64,000 bases of DNA from the NCBI GenBank assembly GCA_964445485.1, contig CAYUPS010000002.1, positions 38,055-102,054 on the forward strand. Reading direction: 5' to 3'. This document shows positions 28,383 through 37,261 of the stretch, in pieces. The position numbers and the translations under genes are program-made. This DNA comes from an uncultured Methanosarcinales archaeon (GTDB lineage Archaea > Nanobdellota > Nanobdellia > Woesearchaeales > ARS49). Position 1 is the stretch's first letter; each line of letters opens with the position of its first letter. Below the pieces are notes generated by a model, which saw only the letters and a list, made by a program, of their open reading frames with translations, had not been told where the DNA came from and made no database searches.

Positions 28383-30103
28383 CGACCAACCAAGACATCG
28401 CGCGGATATTCTATGAGATCGCGGACTTGCTTGAGATGCAGGGAGTGCCGTGGGAACCCAACGCGTACCGCAGGGCCGCGCGGAGCATCGAAAGCATGGC
28501 CGATGACATCGGTGTCATCCACAGCGTCGGCGGCCTCAAAGCGCTCATGCGCATCCCCGGCGTGGGGCAAGGGATCAGCAAAGCGATCGAGGAATACCTC
28601 AAGAAGGGCCGGATCGACAAGTACGAGAAACTCAAGAAAACAGTCCCGGCCGGCGTCGAAGAGATGCTCCATATCCAAGGCCTCGGACCGAAGAAGGTCA
28701 AGAAGCTCTACGACACGCTCAAGGTCAAGAGCATCGCCGAACTCCAAAAAGCCATCAAAGCGGGAAAGGTCGAAAAAATGGAAGGATTCGGCAAGAAGAC
28801 CGCCGAGAACATCCTCTCAGGCATCACTCTTGTCAAAGCGGGGATGCAACGAGCGCTCCTCGGGGTCGCATGGCCGCTCAGCCAGCAGATCATCGACAGC
28901 CTCAGCGGCATCAGGGGAGTGCGGGCGATAGAAGCATGCGGCTCGCTGCGCCGCCGCAAAGAGACCATCGGCGACATCGACATCCTCGCGATCGCTGCGG
29001 ACCCGACGGCGATCATGAAGAGGTTCACCGAACTGCAGAATGTCCAGCGGGTCCTCGCCAAAGGACCCACCCGTTCGGCAGTCGTGCTCAAGGAAGGCGT
29101 CAATGCGGACCTTCGCGTCCTCGACGAGAGATCATTCGGCGCCGCGCTCCAGTACTTCACCGGCTCCAAAGAACACAATGTCGCAACACGCCAAATCGCG
29201 ATAAAGAAAGGGTACAAGCTCAATGAGTACGGCCTCTTCGACAAGAAGACCGGCAAGCAGGTCGCGGGGCGGGATGAGAAGGAGATATACCGGAAGCTGG
29301 GCCTCGAGTACATAGAGCCCGAGTTGCGCGAGAACAGCGGTGAGATCGAAGCAGCGATGAGAAAGACGCTGCCTGCGCTCATCCCCTACGGCTCCCTGCG
29401 AGGAGACCTCCACATGCACACCGCATGGTCAGATGGGATCCACGCCACGGAGATGATGGTCAACGCAGCCATCGAGAGGGGGTATGACTACATCGCGATC
29501 ACCGACCATTCCAAGAGCCAACGCATCGCCAATGGGCTGGATGAGAAGCGCCTCGCTGCGCACATCAAGGAGATCGAAGCGCTGCGCAAGAAACACAGGG
29601 GGATACACATCTTCACCGGCAGCGAAGTCGACATACTCCCCGACGGCTCGCTCGACTATGATGACAGGACGCTCGAGAAGCTCGATGTCGTCATCGCATC
29701 GGTGCATTCCGGATTCAAGATGGGCAGGGATGCCATGACTGAGAGGGTGATCACTGCGCTCAGCAACCCCCATGTCACGGTCCTGGGGCATCCGACAGGC
29801 CGCCTCATCAACCAGCGCAACCCGTTCGATATCGACATGGACGCAGTATTCCGCGCCGCAAAGAAGAATGGCGTCGCGCTCGAGATCAACAGCCATCCGA
29901 GCAGGCTAGACCTCAACGACGCGCACATCAAGGCGGCGGTAGGCGCAGGATGCACTCTGGCGATCAACACGGACAGCCACGCAACAGACCATCTGCGGTA
30001 CGCTGAATTCGGCATCGCGACGGCCAGACGCGGCTGGGCAGAGGCGAAAAACGTCCTCAACACCAAAACACTCTCTGCCATCGAGAAGTTCATCGAGAGA
30101 TGA
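28379..30103 (+). CDS. polX: DNA polymerase X family protein with C-terminal PHP phosphoesterase domain
   Basis: HhH motifs, Pol-beta-like palm (GSLRRRKETIGDIDIL), PHP His motifs (HMHTAWSDG, HSKSQ). ATGA overlap with the nudix gene. Confidence 0.8.
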   Translation: MTTNQDIARIFYEIADLLEMQGVPWEPNAYRRAARSIESMADDIGVIHSVGGLKALMRIPGVGQGISKAIEEYLKKGRIDKYEKLKKTVPAGVEEMLHIQGLGPKKVKKLYDTLKVKSIAELQKAIKAGKVEKMEGFGKKTAENILSGITLVKAGMQRALLGVAWPLSQQIIDSLSGIRGVRAIEACGSLRRRKETIGDIDILAIAADPTAIMKRFTELQNVQRVLAKGPTRSAVVLKEGVNADLRVLDERSFGAALQYFTGSKEHNVATRQIAIKKGYKLNEYGLFDKKTGKQVAGRDEKEIYRKLGLEYIEPELRENSGEIEAAMRKTLPALIPYGSLRGDLHMHTAWSDGIHATEMMVNAAIERGYDYIAITDHSKSQRIANGLDEKRLAAHIKEIEALRKKHRGIHIFTGSEVDILPDGSLDYDDRTLEKLDVVIASVHSGFKMGRDAMTERVITALSNPHVTVLGHPTGRLINQRNPFDIDMDAVFRAAKKNGVALEINSHPSRLDLNDAHIKAAVGAGCTLAINTDSHATDHLRYAEFGIATARRGWAEAKNVLNTKTLSAIEKFIER

Positions 30104-30116
30104 GGAGACCGCAGCA

Positions 30117-30380
30117 ATGGGACTCAAAGAGACGCTCAAAGAACGCATTCCCGCAGAGAGGCAGACAGGAGATTTCACCACTCTCCTGAAACTCATCGAC
30201 ACCGAACGAATCAGGAGCATCGATGAGCTCACGCACCATCTCGCTGCGGAAGAAAAGAATGCCCACGCATCGCTCGGTGCAGTCAAAGCGCCGACCGGCA
30301 ACAGCAAGCGACGGTCTCTGGCGAAGAAACTTGACTTCTATGCACGCATCAGAGCAGACATCCTGCCGCACCTCACATGA
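30117..30380 (+). CDS. Small hypothetical protein
   Basis: 87 aa. ATGA-coupled to the downstream DUF192 gene. Confidence 0.3.
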   Translation: MGLKETLKERIPAERQTGDFTTLLKLIDTERIRSIDELTHHLAAEEKNAHASLGAVKAPTGNSKRRSLAKKLDFYARIRADILPHLT

Positions 30381-30679
30381 GAATCCGCGCGACGTACCTC
30401 ACTCACTGGTGGCAGCACGCGCGCGGCCTGATGTTCACTCGCTCTCCGCGCACGCTGGTCTTCGCATTCCGGAGAGACCGCCGCGTCACCCTGCATATGA
30501 TGTTCGTGCCCTACCCTATCGATGCGCTCTTCCTCGACGCGGGGCAGAGGATCAGGGAGAAAGCGCGGCTGCGGCCCTGGAGGGCGTATACCTCCCGGAC
30601 GAAGGCCCGTTTTATCGTCGAGATGCCTGCCGGAAGCGCATCACGGGCACGCATCGGCGAGAAAGTAACATTTATATAG
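30377..30679 (+). CDS. DUF192 (COG1430) family protein
   Basis: ARGLMF...PIDALFLDAG pattern typical of DUF192. Confidence 0.5.
   Translation: MRIRATYLTHWWQHARGLMFTRSPRTLVFAFRRDRRVTLHMMFVPYPIDALFLDAGQRIREKARLRPWRAYTSRTKARFIVEMPAGSASRARIGEKVTFI
30671..30678 (+). promoter_or_regulatory. TATA box (TTTATATA) for tRNA-Trp, formed by the last codons of the DUF192 gene
   Basis: Seen directly; 36 nt upstream of tRNA position 1. Confidence 0.45.
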
Positions 30680-30713
30680 CGCGTGCGGATTTCCCGCCGA
30701 GCCAAGTTCCTGT

Positions 30714-30839
30714 GGGGGTGTAGTATAACTTGGCTAGAATAGGGGCCTCCAGACATGGAGCGTTGAGCCCGCACGGGCGATGATGACACAGTCTCTAGGA
30801 AGAGAGCCTCGGATCAGGGTTCAAATCCCTGCACCCCCA
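30714..30839 (+). tRNA. trnW: tRNA-Trp(CCA) with about 52-nt intron in the anticodon loop
   Basis: Acceptor GGGGGTG/CACCCCC+A, anticodon stem GGGGC/GCCTC, loop CTCCAG..A, T-arm CAGGG-TTCAAAT-CCCTG. The intron carries a box-C-like GATGATGA. No encoded CCA. Confidence 0.7.
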
Positions 30840-30849
30840 CTATATTTTC

Positions 30850-33678
30850 TCATTTGCGCGAGAACGCGCGCAGAATAGGCTTGCGGAAGAGCGAGAAGAG
30901 CACGAGCAGCGCGACGAGGAGCGACGCGCTGATCGCCCGCTGAGCAACAGGCACCCACTCGAGCGGGATGAGCGCATCGCGCACGCGCAGATGCACGAGA
31001 TTGCTGCGGACCTCGCCGCCTTTGCCATCGGTCGCCGTGAATGTCACGAAATCAGAGCCGCTCCAGCTGTTCGGCGGCATCATGATGGCGACGGCATCCT
31101 GGAAATCTATCACGATGTGCGAGTTGCCTTCGACAGAGAATGCCAGGCCATCGCCGTCGGGATCGTTGAAGAACTGGGACAGATCCAGCTTGTGCGTCGT
31201 ATCCGCGTCCCATACCTGCGCAGGGATGCCCGGCACCGCAGGCCCGTTGTCCGCAGGGTAGCTGATGTAGACCAGGGAGACGGCCAGCAGCAGGGCGACA
31301 AGCGCAACCATGACATGAGGCAGCCTGCTCCTGCGCGCCGGCTTGGAGGACTTGCCGATGATGGCGTACTGGCCGGGGAGAGATTCCGCGTCGGCCTGGA
31401 AGTAGACACGCTTGCCGTTCTTCTCTATGATGCGGGTCGGCAGGCGGACCCATGCCCCGTTGTCGAAACGGACAAGGCGTATGTCCGCCGCCGAGACACC
31501 CATCCTGCTCATCCACGCGTAGGGGACTGAGAAGCGCAAGTGGGACTTGCCGAAATTCGCCGCGCCATGGGTATGGCCGATGTGGAAGTACTGGAAGAGG
31601 CGCTCGCCCGGCTCGGCATAGACGCTTTCGTAGAGGCCTTTGCGGACCCTCAGCGAGAGTTTCTCTGCGTGCTCGTTGAGGACGAACGCGATCTCGCCGA
31701 TGCCCGTGCCCCAGCCGAGGCGGACGCTGTGAGGCTCTGTGCCTGCGGACAGCGAGCGCATGCGGATGCGGCGTGCCTTGCGGCCCCAGAGGAATCCGAT
31801 GAGAGAGAACACTGCGAGGGTGCCGAGAGCTGCCCATGTCGCGTCCATATGCTGCAGGAGGATGTCCCTGAAGTGGTAGGCTGCAGCGATGAGTGCGACA
31901 ATGGCGAACAGGCCGAGGATGACGAAGACGCCACGCCAGCCCCTGCTGATCGGGCGGGGGATCTCCTTCTCGTCTGCGGAGATGACCTGCGAGGCCGGCG
32001 CACCGCTCTCCGATGCCTGCGCCTCTTCGCGCTTGCGCATCGCGCTGCGGCGGAGACGGCCGACGATGTACGCGAGGATGAAGAGCGAGATGATTCCCGC
32101 GAGCGCGCAGGCGGCGTAGAGCAGCCAGGGAATGTACGCGTCGAACGCGCCGGATGCATAGGAATCGCGCGTCCAGGACCATGCAGCGGCGCTCTTGCCC
32201 GCCATCCAGCCCCACGCGTCGATGAACCACCTGCCGACAGCAGCGCGGTTGATGTACCAGTGGTAAATGCCGAAACCTGCGCCGGCGAGGAGGGCCGCGG
32301 CGCACAGAAGCCAGGCTGCTTTCTTGAGCCACCGGCGCCATGCGATCGAGGACTTGCGCGGGGCCCGTTTGGAGACCATGCGGTACTCCCGGCGCAGCTC
32401 GCGCGCGACCTCGCGGCGGAGCGCAGCTATCTGCTTGAGCTTGCGCTGCCTCTCGCGTTCTTCGCGCATGCGGCGCAATGCCTGCTCGCGCTTCCGGCGG
32501 GCGCGGACATCCTTGAGGGTGACGGCGGCGAGCGTCTCGGAGAGTTTGCGCTTGAATGCGCCTTTGTCGACGCGCTCGGCGACAGCGAGGATGATGGCGA
32601 GGGCGAGGAGGAGGCCGAGCAGGGATCCTGCGATGATGGAGAGGCCTCGGATGGGGAGCGTGCGCTTGACAGTGAGCGTGAGGGGGTGGACCGCCTCATC
32701 TCCTGTCTCTTCGGAGCGCGCGGTGATGGTGATGGGGAAGCCGCCAGTCAGCGATGCGTCTGCATTCTCGACGAGGAGGAGGGCCTCTGCGGACGCGCTT
32801 CCGTCGAGCGTGACAGAGGAGGGGATGACGGATGCGCCGTCCATGCCTTGAGCTGCGAGCGAGAACGTGGCGGGTATCGAGCCTGCGTTGCGGATGGTGA
32901 ACGTGAGCTCAGCGGGGAATCCCCTGCTCACGGCGGTGGCTGGCGCGACTATCTGAGGGGTGCCTTCGGAGAGTATCGTGAGGGGCAGGTCGAGAGTGCC
33001 GATGTGGCCCGAGTGCCCGGAGCGGGCGGTCAGGCGCGGCGTGAAGGAGCCGATGAGCGAGCAGTCTGTCGGTCGGATGGATACTGCGATGTCTTGGCTG
33101 CGGCCGGGAGCGAGTGTCGCGGTGGACGCGCTGAGCGTCGTGGATTCCAGCGCGTTCTCGACGCTGAGGGAATATGTCTCGGTGAAGTTGTGCGGGTTGG
33201 CCAGGGACGCAGTGAATGTCGCGCGCTGGCAGGGATAGACTGTCGCATCGCTGCCGGCGAGCGTGAGCTGGGCGTTCTCGGCAGTCACACCCGCGATCGT
33301 GACTGGCAGGACTTGGCGCTTGCCTGAGACCGTATCGACGACGATCTGCAGGGTGCTGTCAGATCCGTCGCAGGGCATGGCGAGATGGACGGGGATGGTC
33401 GCGGATGTTCCCGCGTTGAGGATGAAGGGAGATTTGACGGCGGCTTTGCGGATGTAGGCGACGCCCGCATCTGCGAATCCGACGCTGTAGCCCGAGGGGA
33501 TGTCGCCGGTGTTGGTGATGCTGAATGAGAAGTCACCGCTCGCGCAGCGGAAGAGCTGGACGGGGGATGGAGCGCTGATGGCGTATGATTCAGTGAATGC
33601 GGCCGCGGGAAGGGCGCAGAGCAGCAGCAACAGAGAAAGGGCCGCTGCGGTGCGTGCTGTCGTTTCCCCCAGACTCAA
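30850..33678 (-). CDS. Large cell-surface protein with N-terminal Ig/CARDB-like repeats, internal polytopic TM block and PGF-pre-PGF domain
   Basis: TTG start with GAGGGGA SD. Signal peptide. PGF-pre-PGF-like segment FSVPYAWMSRMGVSAADIRLVRFDNGAWVRLPTRIIEKNGKRVYFQADAESLPGQYAIIGK. C-terminal TM plus basic tail. Confidence 0.6.
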   Translation of the reverse strand: MSLGETTARTAAALSLLLLLCALPAAAFTESYAISAPSPVQLFRCASGDFSFSITNTGDIPSGYSVGFADAGVAYIRKAAVKSPFILNAGTSATIPVHLAMPCDGSDSTLQIVVDTVSGKRQVLPVTIAGVTAENAQLTLAGSDATVYPCQRATFTASLANPHNFTETYSLSVENALESTTLSASTATLAPGRSQDIAVSIRPTDCSLIGSFTPRLTARSGHSGHIGTLDLPLTILSEGTPQIVAPATAVSRGFPAELTFTIRNAGSIPATFSLAAQGMDGASVIPSSVTLDGSASAEALLLVENADASLTGGFPITITARSEETGDEAVHPLTLTVKRTLPIRGLSIIAGSLLGLLLALAIILAVAERVDKGAFKRKLSETLAAVTLKDVRARRKREQALRRMREERERQRKLKQIAALRREVARELRREYRMVSKRAPRKSSIAWRRWLKKAAWLLCAAALLAGAGFGIYHWYINRAAVGRWFIDAWGWMAGKSAAAWSWTRDSYASGAFDAYIPWLLYAACALAGIISLFILAYIVGRLRRSAMRKREEAQASESGAPASQVISADEKEIPRPISRGWRGVFVILGLFAIVALIAAAYHFRDILLQHMDATWAALGTLAVFSLIGFLWGRKARRIRMRSLSAGTEPHSVRLGWGTGIGEIAFVLNEHAEKLSLRVRKGLYESVYAEPGERLFQYFHIGHTHGAANFGKSHLRFSVPYAWMSRMGVSAADIRLVRFDNGAWVRLPTRIIEKNGKRVYFQADAESLPGQYAIIGKSSKPARRSRLPHVMVALVALLLAVSLVYISYPADNGPAVPGIPAQVWDADTTHKLDLSQFFNDPDGDGLAFSVEGNSHIVIDFQDAVAIMMPPNSWSGSDFVTFTATDGKGGEVRSNLVHLRVRDALIPLEWVPVAQRAISASLLVALLVLFSLFRKPILRAFSRK

Positions 33679-33720
33679 CTGATATCCCCTCGATCGGATG
33701 GATGGAATGAATAAATGAAA

Positions 33721-35016
33721 TCAATAATACGGCTTGCTGCTCTTGTCGCCGCGGAGGCGGGAGAGGCCCGTCACCGCAGCCAGGACCACGAGAAGGCCCA
33801 GGAGGACGATGAAGAGCACTTCGACCACGGTCTTCCAGGACAGGTCGACCGGCGCGGAGGCCACGTTCGCGGTCACGATACCCTGGTAGAGGATACCGCT
33901 GCCGCTGGAGATCGTGGCGGTGAGCGTCTGCGCGCCAAGAGGCATGTCGCTCGACGGCGTCACGAACAGGTACAGGGTCGTGGACTGGCCGCGCTGGAGC
34001 ACGACCGTGCTGGTCGGGCTGACACGGATGTCGAAACCCTGCGGAGCTGCCGCGGAGAGCGTGAAGCTGCGGGCGGCGCTGCCGGTGTTGGTGAAGGTCA
34101 CTGGGAAGATGCCGCTCGTGCCTGCGTTGATCGTCTCGAGCTGGCTGCCCCAGGTGACCGCGACCGGGCTTGCGGAGCTGCCGGAGGGCTGCGGGATGCT
34201 GCCAGTGCCGCTGTCGCTGCCTGCGCCGGTGTTGACGCTGCCGCACATCGGGTTTGCGATGACGGTCAGGCTGCCGCGGACCATGTCAGTCTTGCGGCGG
34301 CCGTCGTTGAACTGGGCGTAGGTCTCGGTGGTGTAGACGCCGGGTTCGGCGCAGAGGGGGACGCGGAGGAACATCTCCTCGGTCTCTTCCTGCTCGTCGG
34401 CATCGAGTTCATCGAGGTAGTCGGCGACTGTGAGGCCGAGCTCGGGCACGCTGAAGACGACTTTGACATCGTCTTGGTCGCGCTGGCCGAAGTTCTCGAT
34501 GCGCACCGTGGTCAGGAGGGCGGAGCCTGCGCGGACGGCGGTGTGCGGGTTGACGATGACATCCTTGACGCGGACGTCATGGCGTTCGGCGTCGAGGAAG
34601 AGGTTGTAGCTCTGGATGACTTCCGTGCTGTCGCGGTCGGAGACGATGAGGCGGAGTTTGTACTCGTCCACATCGACGTCATCCGAGAGGCGGAGCGTGA
34701 GCGTCTTGACGTAGGTGACGTTGGCCTTCATGTCGAAGGGGCCGACGCTGTCGCTGAGGCGCTCTTCGGCGAGGTCATTGAACTCGTAGCCGGAGATGAA
34801 CCCCTGGAGTTCGACCTCGCTGAGGTCAGAGTCTGCGATGAGCTCGACGCGGACGTCGAACTCTTCGCCGCGGACGATGTCGAGGCGGTTGGCGGCGTTG
34901 GCGAGCAGCTCGGTGCCGTCGACCTTGACTTCTGCAAGGGTCAGGGGCAGTGCGAGCGCTGCTGTGGCGCAGATTGCGACCATCAGGCACATGAGTGCGA
35001 TCTTGAGTGGATTCAT
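33721..35016 (-). CDS. Cell-surface protein (signal peptide, CARDB/DUF11-like beta domains, Ser/Thr-rich region, C-terminal TM anchor)
   Basis: Signal peptide MNPLKIALMCLMVAICATAALA, C-terminal TM plus RLRGDKSSK. TATA CTTTATAAG about 50 nt upstream and a GAGGGTG SD. Confidence 0.5.
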   Translation of the reverse strand: MNPLKIALMCLMVAICATAALALPLTLAEVKVDGTELLANAANRLDIVRGEEFDVRVELIADSDLSEVELQGFISGYEFNDLAEERLSDSVGPFDMKANVTYVKTLTLRLSDDVDVDEYKLRLIVSDRDSTEVIQSYNLFLDAERHDVRVKDVIVNPHTAVRAGSALLTTVRIENFGQRDQDDVKVVFSVPELGLTVADYLDELDADEQEETEEMFLRVPLCAEPGVYTTETYAQFNDGRRKTDMVRGSLTVIANPMCGSVNTGAGSDSGTGSIPQPSGSSASPVAVTWGSQLETINAGTSGIFPVTFTNTGSAARSFTLSAAAPQGFDIRVSPTSTVVLQRGQSTTLYLFVTPSSDMPLGAQTLTATISSGSGILYQGIVTANVASAPVDLSWKTVVEVLFIVLLGLLVVLAAVTGLSRLRGDKSSKPYY

Positions 35017-35169
35017 GGTGTTTGTTCACCCTCTTCTTTTTTGGTTTGGAGGTCAGAAGCGCATGCCTTATAAAGCTATCGGTTTTAACTCCTACAGAGT
35101 AGCGTCATCAAGGAGTCATCTAAAAAGGGCGAAAGAAGGGCGTTTATTTAAAAATAATATAAAAAGACC

Positions 35170-36036
35170 TCAGAAGCCCAGCGACCGGCCAAGGCGCCAG
35201 ACCCACGCAGACCCCTCACAGGCAGCCACGGGGGCCCTCGCCCACCAGTAATCGACTGTCGCGGCCTCCTCAGGATGCCTCTCGCGCATGCGCCGCTCGA
35301 TCGGTGCCACGTACTCATCGAAGAGCCGAGCCAGGAAGTTCGGCTTCTTCGGGGCAGGCGCAGGAATCGGGACAGCCGGAGGCTCCTCCACCAAGACCTC
35401 CAAAGGAACCGGCGCGGGTTGCTGCTCAGGGGCATGCACGGGTTCGGGCACGGATGGGGCGGGAGGTTGAGGCGTCGGAGCCGGACTCGCGGCCATCGCA
35501 GGCTCGCGGAAGGGATACAAAGACTCCCAATCCACCAGACCATCCTCAGCACCATAGCCATCCTCCGCAGTGTGGAAGGTAGGCAGGAGAGGCTCTTTGA
35601 CCGCAACAGGAGCCTTCTTGGCCTTGTAGCATCCTTTGATCATGTCAGTGAGGTTCCCGAGCTGCTCCTGGACGTACGCGGCGTTCTTGACGCGGCCGAC
35701 CGCGTATGTGCCTGCGCTGTGCAGGTATGCCTTGCCGTCGTCGCCGATGCGCCAATCATTGGCAGAGCTCGCGTCGATCTCATTGTACCGCGAGATGACG
35801 CCGCGGTTGAGGCGGAACAGGTAGAGCAACGCGGATCTGTCGAGGGCGTCCGCGTTGCGCGCGACAGCCTCCTTGACAGCGTCGAGGCGTTTCTCCCAGC
35901 TCCAGCCCCTCTTGGTGTAGAGCTGCGTGATGCTCTCGAGCATCTGCTGAGATGCGTCCGCGACGCCTGAGGCATGACGGGAGCGGAGGTCGTTGATCGC
36001 GGCATTGAGTGCGTAGATTTTCGGCATGGTTTTCAC
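35170..36036 (-). CDS. Hypothetical protein with central Pro-rich linker
   Basis: No signal peptide. GTG 36036 or ATG 36027 start. Confidence 0.35.
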   Translation of the reverse strand: MKTMPKIYALNAAINDLRSRHASGVADASQQMLESITQLYTKRGWSWEKRLDAVKEAVARNADALDRSALLYLFRLNRGVISRYNEIDASSANDWRIGDDGKAYLHSAGTYAVGRVKNAAYVQEQLGNLTDMIKGCYKAKKAPVAVKEPLLPTFHTAEDGYGAEDGLVDWESLYPFREPAMAASPAPTPQPPAPSVPEPVHAPEQQPAPVPLEVLVEEPPAVPIPAPAPKKPNFLARLFDEYVAPIERRMRERHPEEAATVDYWWARAPVAACEGSAWVWRLGRSLGF

Positions 36037-36135
36037 CTGGATCGCAAGATATCCGGCCGCGATATGAACTTCCCCTTAAGGTTATCGCCGCACCCGCCCG
36101 CCATCTTAATATATAGCGAACAAGTTGGGAACGCC

Positions 36136-37212
36136 ATGATCGCGATCGCCGGCGCAGGGCCGTCCGGAACCTACCTGGCCTACCTGCTCGCAAAGCAAGG
36201 CCACGATGTGCACGTCTTCCACGACAGCAACATCATCGGCCTGCCCATCCAGTGCACAGGCCTCGTCACCGAAGAGCTGTTCAAGCTCGTGCCACACTCA
36301 AAGGAGTACATCGTCAACACGCTCGACGGAGCAACCATCCACGGACCCGCAAGCACCGTCACCATCCCTCTCAAGGAATACGTCATCTGCCGCAGACGCT
36401 TCGACAACCACCTCGCAGACATGGCCCGCGCCGCCGGCGCGCGCATCCACCTCGGCCACCGCCTCATCGGCATCGAAGGGAAGACAGCCATCCTCCGCCA
36501 TGAAGGCAAACGCATCGAGCGGCCTTTCGACATCCTCATCGGCGCGGACGGTCCGCGCAGCGCAGTCGCCCAGGCCGCAGGCCTCGCACGGCCGCGGCGA
36601 TTCTGGATAGGCCTGCAGGCGACGCTCAAAGGATCATTCGATGCGAAGAAATTCTCCGCGCACTTCGGCGACTGCGCCCCTCAGTTCTTCGGCTGGGTCG
36701 TCCCCGAGAGCGGGAGCGTCGCGCGCGTCGGCGTCGCCACCGAACACAAGACCCGCGAGCATTTCGAAGCGTTCCTCTCCCGGATTGGCGGCGAAGTCAT
36801 CGAGCGGCAGGCAGGGCCCATCCCAATATATGATGGCAAGCAGCGAGCCGCGGATCCCGCGCGGGGCATCTATCTCGTAGGCGACGCCGCAGGCGTGGTC
36901 AAGGCGACGACCGGCGGCGGCATCATCACAGGCATGCTCTCCTCCAAAGCCCTCGCAGAGGCCATCCAGCGGGGCGGCGACTACGAAGCCGCGCTACGCC
37001 CGCTCCGGCGCGAATTGTGGATCCACCAACGCATCCGGCGCTCGCTCAATAGATTCCGAGGCAAAGACTACGACAGGCTCATCGGCCTGATGGGCAACCG
37101 CCGCGTCAAGGATATCCTCGCCGCGCACCCGCGCGAATTCCCCTCCCGCTTCATGCTCAAGCTGCTCGCCGCAGAGCCGCGCCTCCTCTCCTTCGCGCGC
37201 TTCGCAATCTAA
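36136..37212 (+). CDS. Geranylgeranyl reductase family (digeranylgeranylglycerophospholipid reductase-like) flavoprotein
   Basis: FAD fingerprint IAIAGAGPSGTYLAYLL, GDAAG motif. TATA TAATATAT 23 nt upstream of ATG 36136. Confidence 0.75.
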   Translation: MIAIAGAGPSGTYLAYLLAKQGHDVHVFHDSNIIGLPIQCTGLVTEELFKLVPHSKEYIVNTLDGATIHGPASTVTIPLKEYVICRRRFDNHLADMARAAGARIHLGHRLIGIEGKTAILRHEGKRIERPFDILIGADGPRSAVAQAAGLARPRRFWIGLQATLKGSFDAKKFSAHFGDCAPQFFGWVVPESGSVARVGVATEHKTREHFEAFLSRIGGEVIERQAGPIPIYDGKQRAADPARGIYLVGDAAGVVKATTGGGIITGMLSSKALAEAIQRGGDYEAALRPLRRELWIHQRIRRSLNRFRGKDYDRLIGLMGNRRVKDILAAHPREFPSRFMLKLLAAEPRLLSFARFAI

Positions 37213-37261
37213 GGTGCAATAAGTTTTTAAGCCGGACCAGTTTGCGCGGACCCACGCAACC

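Noticed and set aside
31052-33327. Long alternative-frame ORFs (31052..32341 minus, 31540..33327 plus, 31650..32159 minus) inside the 942-aa surface-protein gene
   Set aside because: Arg/Pro/Gly-rich translations without domains. The in-frame surface protein has a signal peptide, PGF-pre-PGF domain and SD.
33715-35073. 452-aa plus-strand ORF opposite the 33721..35016 surface-protein gene
   Set aside because: Antisense. Gly/Ala/Asp-rich mirror translation of a gene with signal peptide and C-terminal anchor.
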